Source of the DNA: Vitrella brassicaformis CCMP3155
Lineage: Eukaryota > Protista > Chromerida
Reading direction: 5' to 3'
Length of the DNA stretch: 31,437 nt
Assembly (NCBI GenBank): GCA_001179505.1
Contig: CDMY01000681.1
Span: forward strand, 1 to 31,437
Part shown: piece after piece, positions 20,923-31,437 of the stretch
How the letters are laid out: each line of letters opens with the position of its first letter
Position numbering within the stretch: the first letter of the stretch is position 1
Made by a program: the position numbers and the translations under genes
Notes under the pieces: model-generated
Databases searched by the model: none
What the model saw: only the letters and a program-made list of their open reading frames with translations
What the model was told of the DNA's origin: nothing

Positions 20923-21222
20923 NNNNNNNNNNNNNNNNNNNNNNNNNNNNNNNNNNNNNNNNNNNNNNNNNNNNNNNNNNNNNNNNNNNNNNNNNNNNNN
21001 NNNNNNNNNNNNNNNNNNNNNNNNNNNNNNNNNNNNNNNNNNNNNNNNNNNNNNNNNNNNNNNNNNNNNNNNNNNNNNNNNNNNNNNNNNNNNNNNNNNN
21101 NNNNNNNNNNNNNNNNNNNNNNNNNNNNNNNNNNNNNNNNNNNNNNNNNNNNNNNNNNNNNNNNNNNNNNNNNNNNNNNNNNNNNNNNNNNNNNNNNNNN
21201 NNNNNNNNNNNNNNNNNNNNNN
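20923..21222. other. Assembly gap (300 N)
   Basis: Run of exactly 300 N. Confidence 1.
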
Positions 21223-21366
21223 CTGGCCTTAATCTCCTTCCGGGCTCCGTCGTCGCCTCCCTGTGACTCAAGCTGCAGGCAGGCAGGCAGGCAGGGATGA
21301 ACGGAATCACACAAGAGTCAAGTCACATCACATCTATGTGGTGCTCAGCTCAGGTGCTCACTCCAC

Positions 21367-21516
21367 TCACTTGCGATTCTCGTCTCGGTTGAGGTATGCG
21401 CGCATCCTGGCCTTAATCTCCTTCCGGATGGCGGCTACCTTCTCCTCCTTGGGATTTGGCGCATACCGCTCGAACGGGTCGGGGCTGCGGGGCGGCGTGT
21501 GCACCGACCAGTGCAT
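21367..21516 (-). pseudogene. Exon fragment of a second gene ('gene X') at the duplication junction
   Basis: Reads MHWSVHTPPRSPDPFERYAPNPKEEKVAAIRKEIKARMRAYLNRDENR(K), with strongly C/G-ending codons and an AA|gtgagt donor at 21370. Confidence 0.55.
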
Positions 21517-22160
21517 ACCGAGAGGGAAGGCAAGGCAAGGTCAATGAGTGTCTGGTTTGAAGCGTGCCTCAAGAACCCTTCTACCTACCTTGAGGGCGAG
21601 ATTGCGTCGCCGCCTGCACTCGTCCGGCGACTGTTGCTGTTGCGGGGGCTGGTCACCATCATCATCACCACCAGCACCTCCCTGCTCGCCACGGCTACGT
21701 CCTCCTTGGCCAGGGGGACGGCCGCCGAAGCGGCCAAATATGCGGAGACAAACAAAGAAGGTAAGAGGAGAGACATGAGCGAATCTGTCCGTGAGCCTCT
21801 TCCTTTCTCCCTCACACACTAACGTACCTGTGGGACCGCCGGGAATACCAAAACGATTTATAGCAGGCAGCCTTGGATGAAGTGGAGCCAGCGATCGATC
21901 TGCACACAGACGCTAGACACGTACACGCGAGTCGATCAGTCTGCTTTGACAGCTCACCTTCAATGCGCACACGGCGGGGCAAGGCAGTGCAACCGGTTCC
22001 GGGTTTGTCATCCGTCCCTCAAATATAAAATGTAGCCAGCGATGAGAAAATGCAGTCGTCCGGCTTGCCCTTGATCAAAAGGGACCGCTGCTCCGTCGTC
22101 GCCTCCCTGTGACTCAAGCTGCAGGCAGGCAGGCAGGCAGGGATGAACGGAATCACACAA
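21517..22160. repeat. Segmental tandem duplication, copy A'
   Basis: Near-identical to 20286-20922 with scattered substitutions and small indels. Confidence 0.9.
22019..22118 (-). CDS. Probable terminal exon of 'gene X'
   Basis: After the acceptor cctgcag it reads (N)LSHREATTEQRSLLIKGKPDDCIFSSLATFYI*, in the phase left by the ...ENR AA| donor. The equivalent exon in copy A has a 2-nt deletion. Confidence 0.45.
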
Positions 22161-22600
22161 GAGTCAAGTCACATCACATCTATGTGGTGCTCAGCTCAGG
22201 TGCTCACTCTACTCACTTGCGATTCTCGTCTCGGTTGAGGTACGCGCGCATCCTAGCCTTAATCTCCTTCCGGGCTCCGTCGTCGCCTCCCTGTGACTCA
22301 AGCTGCAGGCAGGTAGGCAGGGATGAACGGAATCACACAAGAGTCAAGTCACATCACATCTATGTGGTGCTCAGCTCAGGTGCTCACTCCACTCACTTGC
22401 GATTCTCGTCTCGGTTGAGGTATGCGCGCATCCTGGCCTTAATCTCCTTCCGGGCTCCGTCGTCGCCTCCCTGTGACTCAAGCTGCAGGCAGGCAGGCAG
22501 GGATGAAGGGAATCACACAAGAGTCAAGTCACATCACATCTATGTAGTGCTCAGCTCAGGTGCTCACTCTACTCACTTGCGATTCTCGTCTCGGTTGAGG
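22091..22600. repeat. 180-bp tandem repeat array (at least 2.8 units, truncated by gap); related units at 21223-21424 and 20861-20922
   Basis: The unit cgggctccgtcgtcgcctccctgtgactcaagctgcagg...ctggccttaatctccttc recurs at 180-bp spacing, matching the 60-aa period in ORF 22109..23047. Confidence 0.95.
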
Positions 22601-22900
22601 NNNNNNNNNNNNNNNNNNNNNNNNNNNNNNNNNNNNNNNNNNNNNNNNNNNNNNNNNNNNNNNNNNNNNNNNNNNNNNNNNNNNNNNNNNNNNNNNNNNN
22701 NNNNNNNNNNNNNNNNNNNNNNNNNNNNNNNNNNNNNNNNNNNNNNNNNNNNNNNNNNNNNNNNNNNNNNNNNNNNNNNNNNNNNNNNNNNNNNNNNNNN
22801 NNNNNNNNNNNNNNNNNNNNNNNNNNNNNNNNNNNNNNNNNNNNNNNNNNNNNNNNNNNNNNNNNNNNNNNNNNNNNNNNNNNNNNNNNNNNNNNNNNNN
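22601..22900. other. Assembly gap (300 N)
   Basis: Run of exactly 300 N; probably hides the start of the 5' LTR. Confidence 1.
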
Positions 22901-22991
22901 AAGGAGGAGGCCAAGCCCTCGTCATCCAACAGCATTCAAGATGGCAGCGGAGCCCCCATCGGCATGCTGAGCTCCCCTTGGCATGCTGAAG
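22901..22991 (+). repeat. 5' LTR, portion that can be matched (true 3' boundary not determined)
   Basis: Identical to the last 91 nt of the window. Confidence 0.8.
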
Positions 22992-24546
22992 GGCCGCCCC
23001 GCCTGCTCGGACTCTGGTCGTCATCCTGTGCCAGGCTTGGTTGCTGAAGAGCTCGGTAGTTAGCCTTACATGGAAGGCAAGGCTGATGTACATGCCCCCA
23101 TTTCCCCCAACGGCCCGGATCATCCTAGCTTGAGACGGCTTCTTGGCCATTGTGTTGTGCGGGCTTAGCCTGCTAGCTTAGCGCACTGGTTTTCACACAA
23201 AATCCCAAATCGGACCTTCAAAGTCCTTTCGTTGCAGACCTTTCGTTGGTTCTGCTGGCCTTAATGGTCCTGGTTCCCTCCGTTAGGAGATGGTTTGCGT
23301 CAAGCCTCGGCTGACAAGATAGGAGCCTCTTCGTCCTCGGCGGCAAGAGTTCTCCTTGGTCCGTCCCTCTGCGGGAAGTCTTCGTTGGTGATTGTGCCTC
23401 CTACGACCGGTGCACAGGTCAGTTTGCTACCTACGCAGATAGGATGCAGGCAGGAGCACAGATCTCTCAACGCTCACGCACGACACGGCCACCCGGTGCC
23501 AAATGGAGTCCATAAGGTCACACGCGGTTCCAGATACCGCAAAACTATCGTATATATGGCTTCCCCCGACCACCCGATGCATCGCACGTGGCATCCCGGC
23601 CACTTTCACCCGTCGCACGCGGCAGCCCGGCCGCCATCCATGTCGCAGAGCCTGTGGCTCATCATATCGCATCCCCTGTCGCACGCGGTGTCGCCCGTCC
23701 GTCGCACACGGCCAGAGGCCGCTTTTGCTCTGTGTCTCACGGCTCTGACCGTGCCGTCCGTATTCGGACCCGAATGTGTCTGCCCCGACCAGATCTCGCT
23801 TGTTTCCCGACCCCCCGACAGCCCTTGAGGCTTCCCGACATGAGATCTGGTCCTCCCGACATCACACTTGACCTCCCGTCATCGCATTTTGCCCAGATCT
23901 GGCCATCCTGACGTTTTCTATGGCCCTTGCGGCCAGATTTCGGCCACTGATGGCCTTCCCGACACACATCGCATATCCCCGATGGCCATTCTGGCCTTCT
24001 CAGCCGCCCGCTAACCCTCCCTTAAGGTCCGTCGCACCGTTCCCCCCTCATCCCTGATGGGTCCCGCTGGCTGGCTTCTCTTGGTTTCTGCGTGTATTGC
24101 TCATTGTATATGGCGAGGGATGAGAGATGCGTCCGACGGCCCGCGTATACCTTCGCTTCTCTTCCTGCCTGGTCTGTCTGTGTGCCTCAGATCTCGCTGT
24201 CTGCCCCGTTCGTCTGGCTCCCGTCTGCCCCGTTGATTCGGGCTTTCTGACACGCGAAGGTACGCGCGCGGAACACTGGTGCATCTGCCGTGAACACAAG
24301 GCTTCTGACGCCTCTCGATGAGGCACTCTCCGACTCATTTCTCTTTCTGCATTCTGTCATGCATCCAGACGCGGTAGTGTGATCCCTGCGGATCTCTCAG
24401 TCGAGGATTCATTGTTGTCGTCTGTTAGCACGTAACCAAGGCGCACCACACCCGCAGCCGACGCGCGCCTTGCCCTGAATCCCACCTGATGCGTTTCCCT
24501 GCTATCCTGGTCTTCCTTCCTTTCCTCCCAGGTTAGCGTGGCCGCG

Positions 24547-26708
24547 ATGGACACCCAGCCCCCGACAGACGGCTCTCGTTTTCACAAACCCCGACGCCGG
24601 CCGGCCTCCAGCCTCCAGCCTCCAGCGGCCGGAGCGCCTGACGAGATGGCCGATGAGGCGGCCACCTCATCACGTACCTCATCAGCCCTCCCAGCAACCA
24701 ACGCCCTCACCCGAGCACAACGACTTCCGCGCGACCTTTCCCGTCTTCCAGCGCTCACAAGACATTCCGACAGGCGACCGACTCCTTGAGCTGAGGGAGG
24801 ACAATCGACTGGAGACCATGCAGCGGATCCTCGACCTTAAGGACCCCCACCAGCAGCTGCGGCAGCCCCTCACGGAGCAAGTCGACTACAGCGATCTCTG
24901 TGAGATCTACATGACCATCCACCCCGTCCCCTGGCCATCCCCTCTGCCAACACACGCCTGATCGTCGACTGGATGACCAGCGACGGCAGTGGGCGCCCAC
25001 ACGCCCGAGTGGGTCGACGAGCGCCGCATCCGGCGGCCGCGCATCGATGTCTAGTGGTCTGATGGGCGCCGCGCCCGGCACTGGTGTGCGGGGGCGCCTC
25101 CCGATACGACTGTCGACCCCCCTGACCCACCCTCATCACCCGCTCATCCCTCGTCCAGCCTGACGCTGGAGCATTCCATCAGCAGCGAGCTGCCTCACCC
25201 GCCATTGACAATGGATCCGATAGCCTCGCCCGTCCCGCCTAGCCTTAGCAGTCCCCCGATGGAGGGTGCCACGCCGTCACCCTCCCCGCCCCTCACACAT
25301 CCGCATCCACACCCGCCCGCCTCCCTCTCGCAGCCTGCATCCACCATGCCTCACCCATAGCGTCAACTCATGGGTCCTCTGGGGGTCTGGGAGTGGGTGG
25401 TGTTGCTGATGTTGCTGCACGTGCCTCATCTGGCGGTGTGACCGACTTCGCCAACCCATTGCTGACCTCCACCAGCTCAAGGCCTATGTGTGCCAGCGAG
25501 AGGGGTGCAGAGACGTCTGTTTCGTGACCGCACAGCAGCTCGAGAATGGCGCCTCGGTTCTGTCCACTCTGCAGCCACAAGCGATTCAACACGAGGGGCT
25601 CAGCACTCACGTGGACCTCCCCCGACAGCAGTGGCTCTCCCCCGAGTCAGGGCCCGCCCAAGAACTGCGAAGTCGACTCGCCCGACAGGACTGAGCAAGA
25701 CACACACACACCCAGAGTCTCTCTCGCCCCTCTCGAGAGACTGATAGCATTAATATGTGTTTCCATTCTGACATCTTCGCCCTTGTTGTCGATATCTCTC
25801 TCGCGTTTTAATCAATCTCTCTTGCATTGTGTGTCTGCGTGTGGATTGGCGGATTGCGCTGCGTGGTGCATGTTTTGGGAGAGACCTGACAAACACGACC
25901 CACCTGAATTTCGATTCTGACGCCTGAGTGTTCGATGACCCGTACATTGACCCGAACGAGAGGTCGCGGCGACGCTCGGGCTGCCCGACGCACCAGCTAC
26001 CCACGTCCAAATCGTTCATCTGACATACGTTCCCACAGAGAGCCCGACCGCCCGCCTCTCGGCGAGCCCACCCGACCACCCCTCAAGCCACGCACCTGAT
26101 GGTCATCCAACAGCTGGAAAGACAAAGGCAGAGAGAGCTTGCGATGGAACGAGCAACCCCTGAGACTGCCTCTGCACCCGCCGACCTTTCCAATGAAGGC
26201 GTTGGCCATCTGGCTGCCGTGGCCGAAGCACCCGTGACAACCCAACAAGCCCTTCGCGATCTGAACTCATTTCGCCCCGAGCCTGATCCACATACCTGCA
26301 GACCATCACCCGTCCCCCGAGACATCACTCTATCGCCCCTCCCCGAAGGCAAACTCACCGACAAGAAGTTGGCGCGCTTAACTGCACACGAAGCAGAGGA
26401 GAAAGCCGTGGCTTCAGTCCACTCTTCCTTCTTTGCTGACTCAGCAAACAATAGCTCTGTTGCTCCCTCTCACGACCCCCGACAGTATGCCCGCAATATC
26501 GCGGCACGTTCCGACCGACCACCAAAGGTACGCAACCCGCAAGAGGCCCGTCCTCCCAAGACCGACTCGGACGCTCTCACTTCCCTCCTACCCACCCGCC
26601 CTGACGCTTCTGCTGACCCCACGGGTCTTTCTCTGGGCGTGGGGGGGGGTCGCGATGGATGCGGCTGACACACCCGAAGAGAGAGAGAAGAAGGAGACAC
26701 ACAAATGA
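24547..26708 (+). pseudogene. Degenerate P/S-rich gag-pro-position coding region
   Basis: A chain of short coding-like frames (24653-24961, 25488-25694, 26099-26668, 26433-26708) broken by stops and frameshifts. No zinc knuckle or aspartic protease motif could be recognised. Confidence 0.35.
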
Positions 26709-26711
26709 ATC

Positions 26712-28446
26712 ATGTCTCGCTTGCCCGTACCCGTTAACGTACATGAGGGGCTACCCGACGATCAGAAGAATGAGTTGGTTGATTTGCTGTTGACGTTCGA
26801 AGACGTCATGTCCAGACACGATGAGGACCTAGGCGAAGCTGTTGGTGTCAAACACGATATCGATGTGGGAGACACGCCCCCGATTCGCAAAAGAGCTTAT
26901 CGAATTGCTTACAGCCAACGAGACTGGTTGAGACAGAAACTCGACGAGATGCTCAAAGCAAACATCATTTCGCCCTCCTCTTCCCCATGGCGAGCACCGA
27001 TCATCCTCGTGCCTAAGAAGGGAGGAAATGGAACCCGTTTGGTTGTCGACTATCGTGCTCTTAACGCGGTCACCAAACCCGATCATTACCCGCTTCCCCG
27101 AATCGACGAGACGTTGAACGCACTGCAAGGGTGTGCGTACTTCAGCCACTGCGATTGCACTTCTGGATTCTGGCAGATAGGGCTGACGGAAAGAGCGAAG
27201 GAGTTGACGAGTTTTGTCACGCCCTTCGGCGCCTTCAAGTTCGAGAGGGCCGCCATGGGCCTGCAAGGAGCACCCGCAACTTATCAGCGATGCATGGACA
27301 ATGTGTTACGTAATCTGAGCTGGGATGTGGCTTGTTGTTACATGGATGACCTCGTCATCATGGCTCCTACCTGGAAGGAGCATCTACATCGCTTGTCTCT
27401 TGTCTTAACCCGTCTACGCGAGAACAGCCTGAAGATCAAGCCAAAGAAGTGTTACTTTGGCTATCCCGAGATTGCGTTTCTGGGCCATCGCGTAGGCAAA
27501 GATGGCATCGCCACCGACCCCGAAAAGGTGTCTGCAATTCAAAACATGCAATATACATCAATGCAGACACAGAAAGACATCCGCTCTTTCCTGGGCATGA
27601 CTGGCTATTATCACAAATACATCCCCGCCTATGCTCACATTGCTGCCCCGTTGACGGACCTGACCAAGAAGGACCTGAAGTATAGCTATGAAGAGCACTG
27701 GACAGAGCACTGCATACGCGCGTTTGAGACGTTGAAGGACTTGCTGTGCAAGGCCCCCATCCTGGCCTATCCCGACTTCAACCAGCCCTTCATCCTGAAG
27801 ACTGACGCGAGCAACGTGGCCGTCGGTGCCGCCCTTGTCCAATGGGACCACGAGACACAACACGAAAGGCCGATCGCCTTTGCCAGCCGCAAGTTGAATG
27901 GGAACGAGCCCAGCTATGCATCACAAGAGCGCGAAGCTCTTGCCGTCGTGTGGGCCATCAAATATTTCCGTCCTTACTTGTACGGCCATCACTTCACGGT
28001 CATGACGGACCATCGTAGCCTCCAGTCTCTGCCCAAGGCCTATGAGAAAGGCAACTCGCGCATACATCGATGGTCTGTCCTGTCGCAACACCACTCTTAT
28101 GACGTTGTATGGAAACCTGGAAGAGAGAACGGTGACGCTGACGCCCTCTCTCGTGTACAGGCTACTCACTGGTACCCGTTGCCCCGCTTGCATGCCGTAG
28201 TCACCCCGCAAGACATGGAACGAGCGCTTGTCTCGTCCCTTTCGTACGACACCCCTCTCCTGACTCTGCAAGCATTCCGAGACGCACAGAGACAGGACCC
28301 CCAGCTGAGTGCTTATGTCACTTACTTTCTGTCCACTGATGGCACCTTGCCCGACGACGCCCCCTTAGCTGAGGAAATTCGAGAGAACAAGGACAGGTTT
28401 GACTTGATCAATGGCGTGTTGATGCGCCTACCCGACCATAGCAAAA
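26712..28446 (+). pseudogene. pol: pol: reverse transcriptase and RNase H
   Basis: SPWRAPIILVPKK, RLVVDYRALN, YPLPRIDETL, FWQI, MGLQGAPATYQR, YMDDLVI (27339-27350), FLGH, RSFLGMTGYY, TDASNVAVGAAL, EREALAVVWAIKYFRPYLYG, TDHRSL, NGDADALSR. Confidence 0.95.
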
Positions 28447-29700
28447 GACGGACCCGATCCCGCCGTCGCCTGAGATTGTTGTCCCACCCCCGCTTCGGCC
28501 ACTTGTATTCGAGCATTGCCACGATTCACCTCTTGCTGGACACATGGGTGTCAAGAGAACGATGGATCGTGTCTCCCAGCGTTTTTGGTGGCCTACTTTG
28601 TATCGCGATGTGAACGCATGGGTGTCTTGTTGTAAAGTTTGTCAAGCGTTTCGACCTGTCCGCAAACAGAAATACCCGACAATGCCTCTACCCGTGTATG
28701 AGGACCCGTTTGACTCTCTGTCGGTCGACTTTGCTGGCCCTCTGCCCCGCACCCGTTCTGGCCACGAGTTCATCCTCATATTCGTCGAGCCGCTGACCGG
28801 TTGGGTCGAAGCGATCCCTACTAAGAAGGCTGATGGACCGACGGTCGCCAAAGCGTTTGTCGATCACATTCTCGTCCGTCATGGCTGTCCCCGTCGCCTC
28901 CTGTCTGATCGAGGAACACACTTTCTCAATGAACTCGTCGATGCTGTCTGTTCCATTCTTCGCACTCACCATATCTTCACCTCTTCGTATCACCCCGAGA
29001 CAAACGGACAAGCGGAAAGCATGGTTGGCAATGTCAAAAGGCACTCGCCAAGTACGTTGCCCAGAACGAGAAGAACTGGGATGTACTTCTTCCCCTGGTC
29101 TTGTTCGGTTTGCGCACGTGCCGAAATGAGGCCACTGATATGTCTCCCTTCGAAGCACTGTATGGACGGGAGGCCCGAACTCTCCTGGACGCCATGGTAG
29201 CTTGGGAGCAACCCATTGTGGTTCACCGTGCCGACTACCGCCAGATACTCGTCTCGAAGCTACAGAGAGTTCAGGAGATGGCACTTTTGAATCGTCGAGC
29301 TGAGAAGGACAAAAGGAGACAGCGTGACAAACCCGTACCCGTGAAGCCCTACGAACCCGGTGATATGGTGTGGAAAGTGATTGGTGACCCGATGAAAAAG
29401 AGAGCTCCCTTTCAGCCCAAAGTCAAGGGACCGTTTAAGATCGTTTGCCAGACTCCCAACTCACCTTTCAACTACTGGATTCGCCCCGCAGGCCAAGGTG
29501 GCCACCGCAAGCAAGTGGTTCACGTGAAGCTCCTGCGTCCTTATCTCGACCTGCCCGAGCCATCCGATAGGGCTCCACTCTTCCATCACAACCCAGACGA
29601 GTCGTCCCGCAACGAACAGCCAGCGCTTGATGCAGCTGATGGCCTTGAGGCTGCGGTCTCCCCAGACACACCTGCAGCTGACACACGACGCTGCACCCGA
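28447..29700 (+). pseudogene. pol: pol: integrase (frameshifted near 28445, 29038 and about 29690)
   Basis: After frame correction: HCHDSPLAGHMG...CKVC (HHCC), SVDFAGPLP, LLSDRGTHF, YHPETNGQAESM (D,D,E core), NWDVLLPLVLFGLR, SPFEALYGR, and a GPY/F-like KVKGPFKI. Confidence 0.92.
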
Positions 29701-30074
29701 CAATTGCTCGCCCCCTCCTGTCCCCGCCCCTCTCGTGTCTCGCTCTAAGAGAAACTCGCCTCTCTCAGTGTCTGTCGTACCACACGAGACACCACAGTCT
29801 CTCGTCAACTCACCACCGTTCGTCACTGTCCCACCGGCTGACCCGCCACCGCTCGCCTCGCCCGACTCGGCTGGCCTTCCTGCCTCTCAGCTGGCCGACC
29901 CACCTCTCGCATCCCCTTTTCTGGCCAACGCGCCTGCTGTCGCCCAGTCCTCGCCCGCTCAGGGATCCCGTAGCGCGCCTGTCGATGACATCCCCGACAG
30001 CCTGATGGCTGACGATCAATCATACAGCACCCGTCAACGCGACAATTGGAAGCAGTTGATTGGGGATTGATTAG

Positions 30075-30503
30075 CCTCTGCCGTCTCCCGTCCTTCCGCC
30101 TCCAACAGTCCCAGAACGAGAGGTGGCAGTGGAATGTCATAGCCAATCCGCCCTCGACATCGAGGTTGCACCATCTCTGTCTGCCCTAGCGGACTCGCCT
30201 GCGCCGGAAGACGCTCAGCGCCGCCCGCCGACCGAACCCTCCTCTCCGCCTTCTCTCCCCTCGTCCAACTTGAACGACGATTCGATAGAAGGCGACATGA
30301 CCGTGCCCGTCGATCAGCCCGACGTTGTCAACATTCTTGATAGAAGAAGAGATGGTCGTTGGGAATATTTCGTCGAGAGACAAAACCGTGCCCCTGCTTG
30401 GGAGCAGGAAAGCGACATCTCTGACTTCTCTGCTGTCCGCGCCTACGAGACACGGATGACGTTCGATGCCCCTGCCCAGCGCAGACAGAAGAGAAGAGAA
30501 TGA
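30075..30503 (+). pseudogene. Integrase C-terminal tail with chromodomain-like module
   Basis: VVNILDRRRDGRWEYFVERQNRAPAWEQESDI (about 30321-30420) fits the chromo pattern VE-IL--R-----EYLVKW-----TWE-E-NL, with loss of aromatic cage residues. Confidence 0.65.
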
Positions 30504-30947
30504 GAGAGCCACCACCTTGCTGTCCCTCCCCGCTGATACGTCATCGTATTATCCTCGGAGCTATTCTGGCTTTCCGTGCTCACCAGCCAGTAGTGTGCCG
30601 CCAATAGGCGTGATAATGCGCCGCAAAACTGGCTGTGGATGTTGGTGTTGGCGGATTTGCCTGCATCCCGAGCAGCCATGATTATTGGGGTCACTCTTGC
30701 TTGACGCAGAGGATTTCCATCGATCATGGTGGATTTTGTCTTCACCCCTGGTATCGTCTTGCTTCATGACCTGGCCCCCGTCTGGCCTTCCTTGTGGGAA
30801 CTCCCCGTGCCTCGTCTTCGAGCGGTGGGGTGGTGTTGCGCGGTGGACCGCGACGACTGGTTTCTCGACCTCCCTTGCTCCCCGCTAGTGATCGATCGTA
30901 CGAGACACGGGTCGTTCTGCAGGCACACAAGCACCGAAAGGGAATCG

Positions 30948-31437
30948 TGTGATGGGGCCTGACTGTCTTTCCATTGGAATCCCCCGAAAGTACCCCGCAA
31001 CGAGTGCTGCGCTTACCCCGCAACGAGTGCTGCGCTTACCCCCGAACGAGTGCTGCGCTTACCCCGATCTTCATCTACCTGTGATGTGTGGTCATCCCCG
31101 TTGCCCGTGTGTGACTGTAGTGTGCTGGCATGAAGTGATGCCGCAACCAAATAGCTTCCCCGTCCTCCTGCTCACCGATGCACCTTCCCCCATTGCATTG
31201 GTACCACCCAAGCATCCGTCTCCCGAGAACCAACCCGAGAATCGACCTGAAAGGGAGAACACACGTTGACTGCCACTTGACTGCCTCACCCTCAAGCCTT
31301 GAGGATCCCTATGGACGAGGAGAAGCAGGAAGCGAGTATGATGGTGAAGGAGGAGGCCAAGCCCTCGTCATCCAACAGCATTCAAGATGGCAGCGGAGCC
31401 CCCATCGGCATGCTGAGCTCCCCTTGGCATGCTGAAG
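30948..31437 (+). repeat. 3' LTR (start tentative, runs off window)
   Basis: TGTGATGG follows a purine-rich gaaagggaa tract (candidate polypurine tract); the downstream part matches the post-gap 5' copy. Confidence 0.55.
30991..31066 (+). repeat. 3 x 23-bp tandem repeat in the putative LTR U3
   Basis: taccccgcaacgagtgctgcgct at 30991 and 31014, a variant at 31037, and a partial fourth copy. Confidence 0.9.

Larger units (their letters stand above)
22901..31437 (+). mobile_element. Ty3/gypsy LTR retrotransposon with chromodomain (chromovirus-like), coding region disrupted
   Basis: Direct repeat 22901-22991 is identical to 31347-31437 (91/91 nt), domain order is RT-RNase H-integrase, and there is a chromodomain-like C-terminus. 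Both outer ends are missing (gap and window edge). Confidence 0.92.

Noticed and set aside
22091-22600. CRISPR-like array
   Set aside because: Head-to-tail 180-bp units with no unique spacers, eukaryotic context, no cas genes.
23860-23866. CATCACA as the 3' end of the 5' LTR (inverse of TGTGATG at 30948)
   Set aside because: A 7-bp match with no PBS after it and no 3' LTR sequence available for comparison; not supportable.
24127-24321. VDSG as the retroviral aspartic protease active site
   Set aside because: No hydrophobic lead-in or downstream ILG motif, and the position is too far upstream; treated as chance.
26706-26711. Programmed readthrough or selenocysteine at the TGA just before the RT ORF
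   Set aside because: Context TGA-ATC is not a known leaky motif and neighbouring lesions indicate decay; a point mutation is simpler.
28440-29045. Programmed -1 ribosomal frameshifting at the two AAAAG sites
   Set aside because: No canonical X XXY YYZ heptamer, and the shifts fall within or at the edge of integrase, where programmed shifts are not expected; simple deletions or sequencing errors fit better.
30991-31066. CRISPR-like 23-bp repeats
   Set aside because: Contiguous tandem copies with no spacers.

Overview
Eukaryotic, GC-rich, intron-dense genomic DNA with short (about 60-135 nt) microsatellite-rich introns. The style and the apicomplexan-like glycerol kinase suggest a chromerid alveolate such as Vitrella; this is inference, not verified. 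Gene models were spliced by hand, so the supplied ORF track mostly shows exon fragments and shadow frames. In order: a partial tandem-CCCH zinc-finger gene (-); a small duplicated hypothetical gene (+), with 2 real copies and a third that is probably an assembly artefact; a roughly 19-exon hypothetical gene (-); a 21-exon divergent glycerol-kinase-like FGGY gene (+); a hypothetical gene (-) lying head-to-head, 107 bp away, with a 22-exon secreted, probably GPI-anchored, double-domain alpha-carbonic anhydrase (+); a decayed, tandemly rearranged two-gene locus containing a 180-bp exon+intron repeat array; and a roughly 8.5-kb Ty3/gypsy LTR retrotransposon with a C-terminal chromodomain and a multiply frameshifted pol. 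Four gaps are placeholders of exactly 300 N. The most striking unexplained pattern is that (CA)n tracts sit in the 5' half and (GT)n tracts in the 3' half of many introns, following the direction of transcription on both strands, which suggests splicing assisted by RNA structure.
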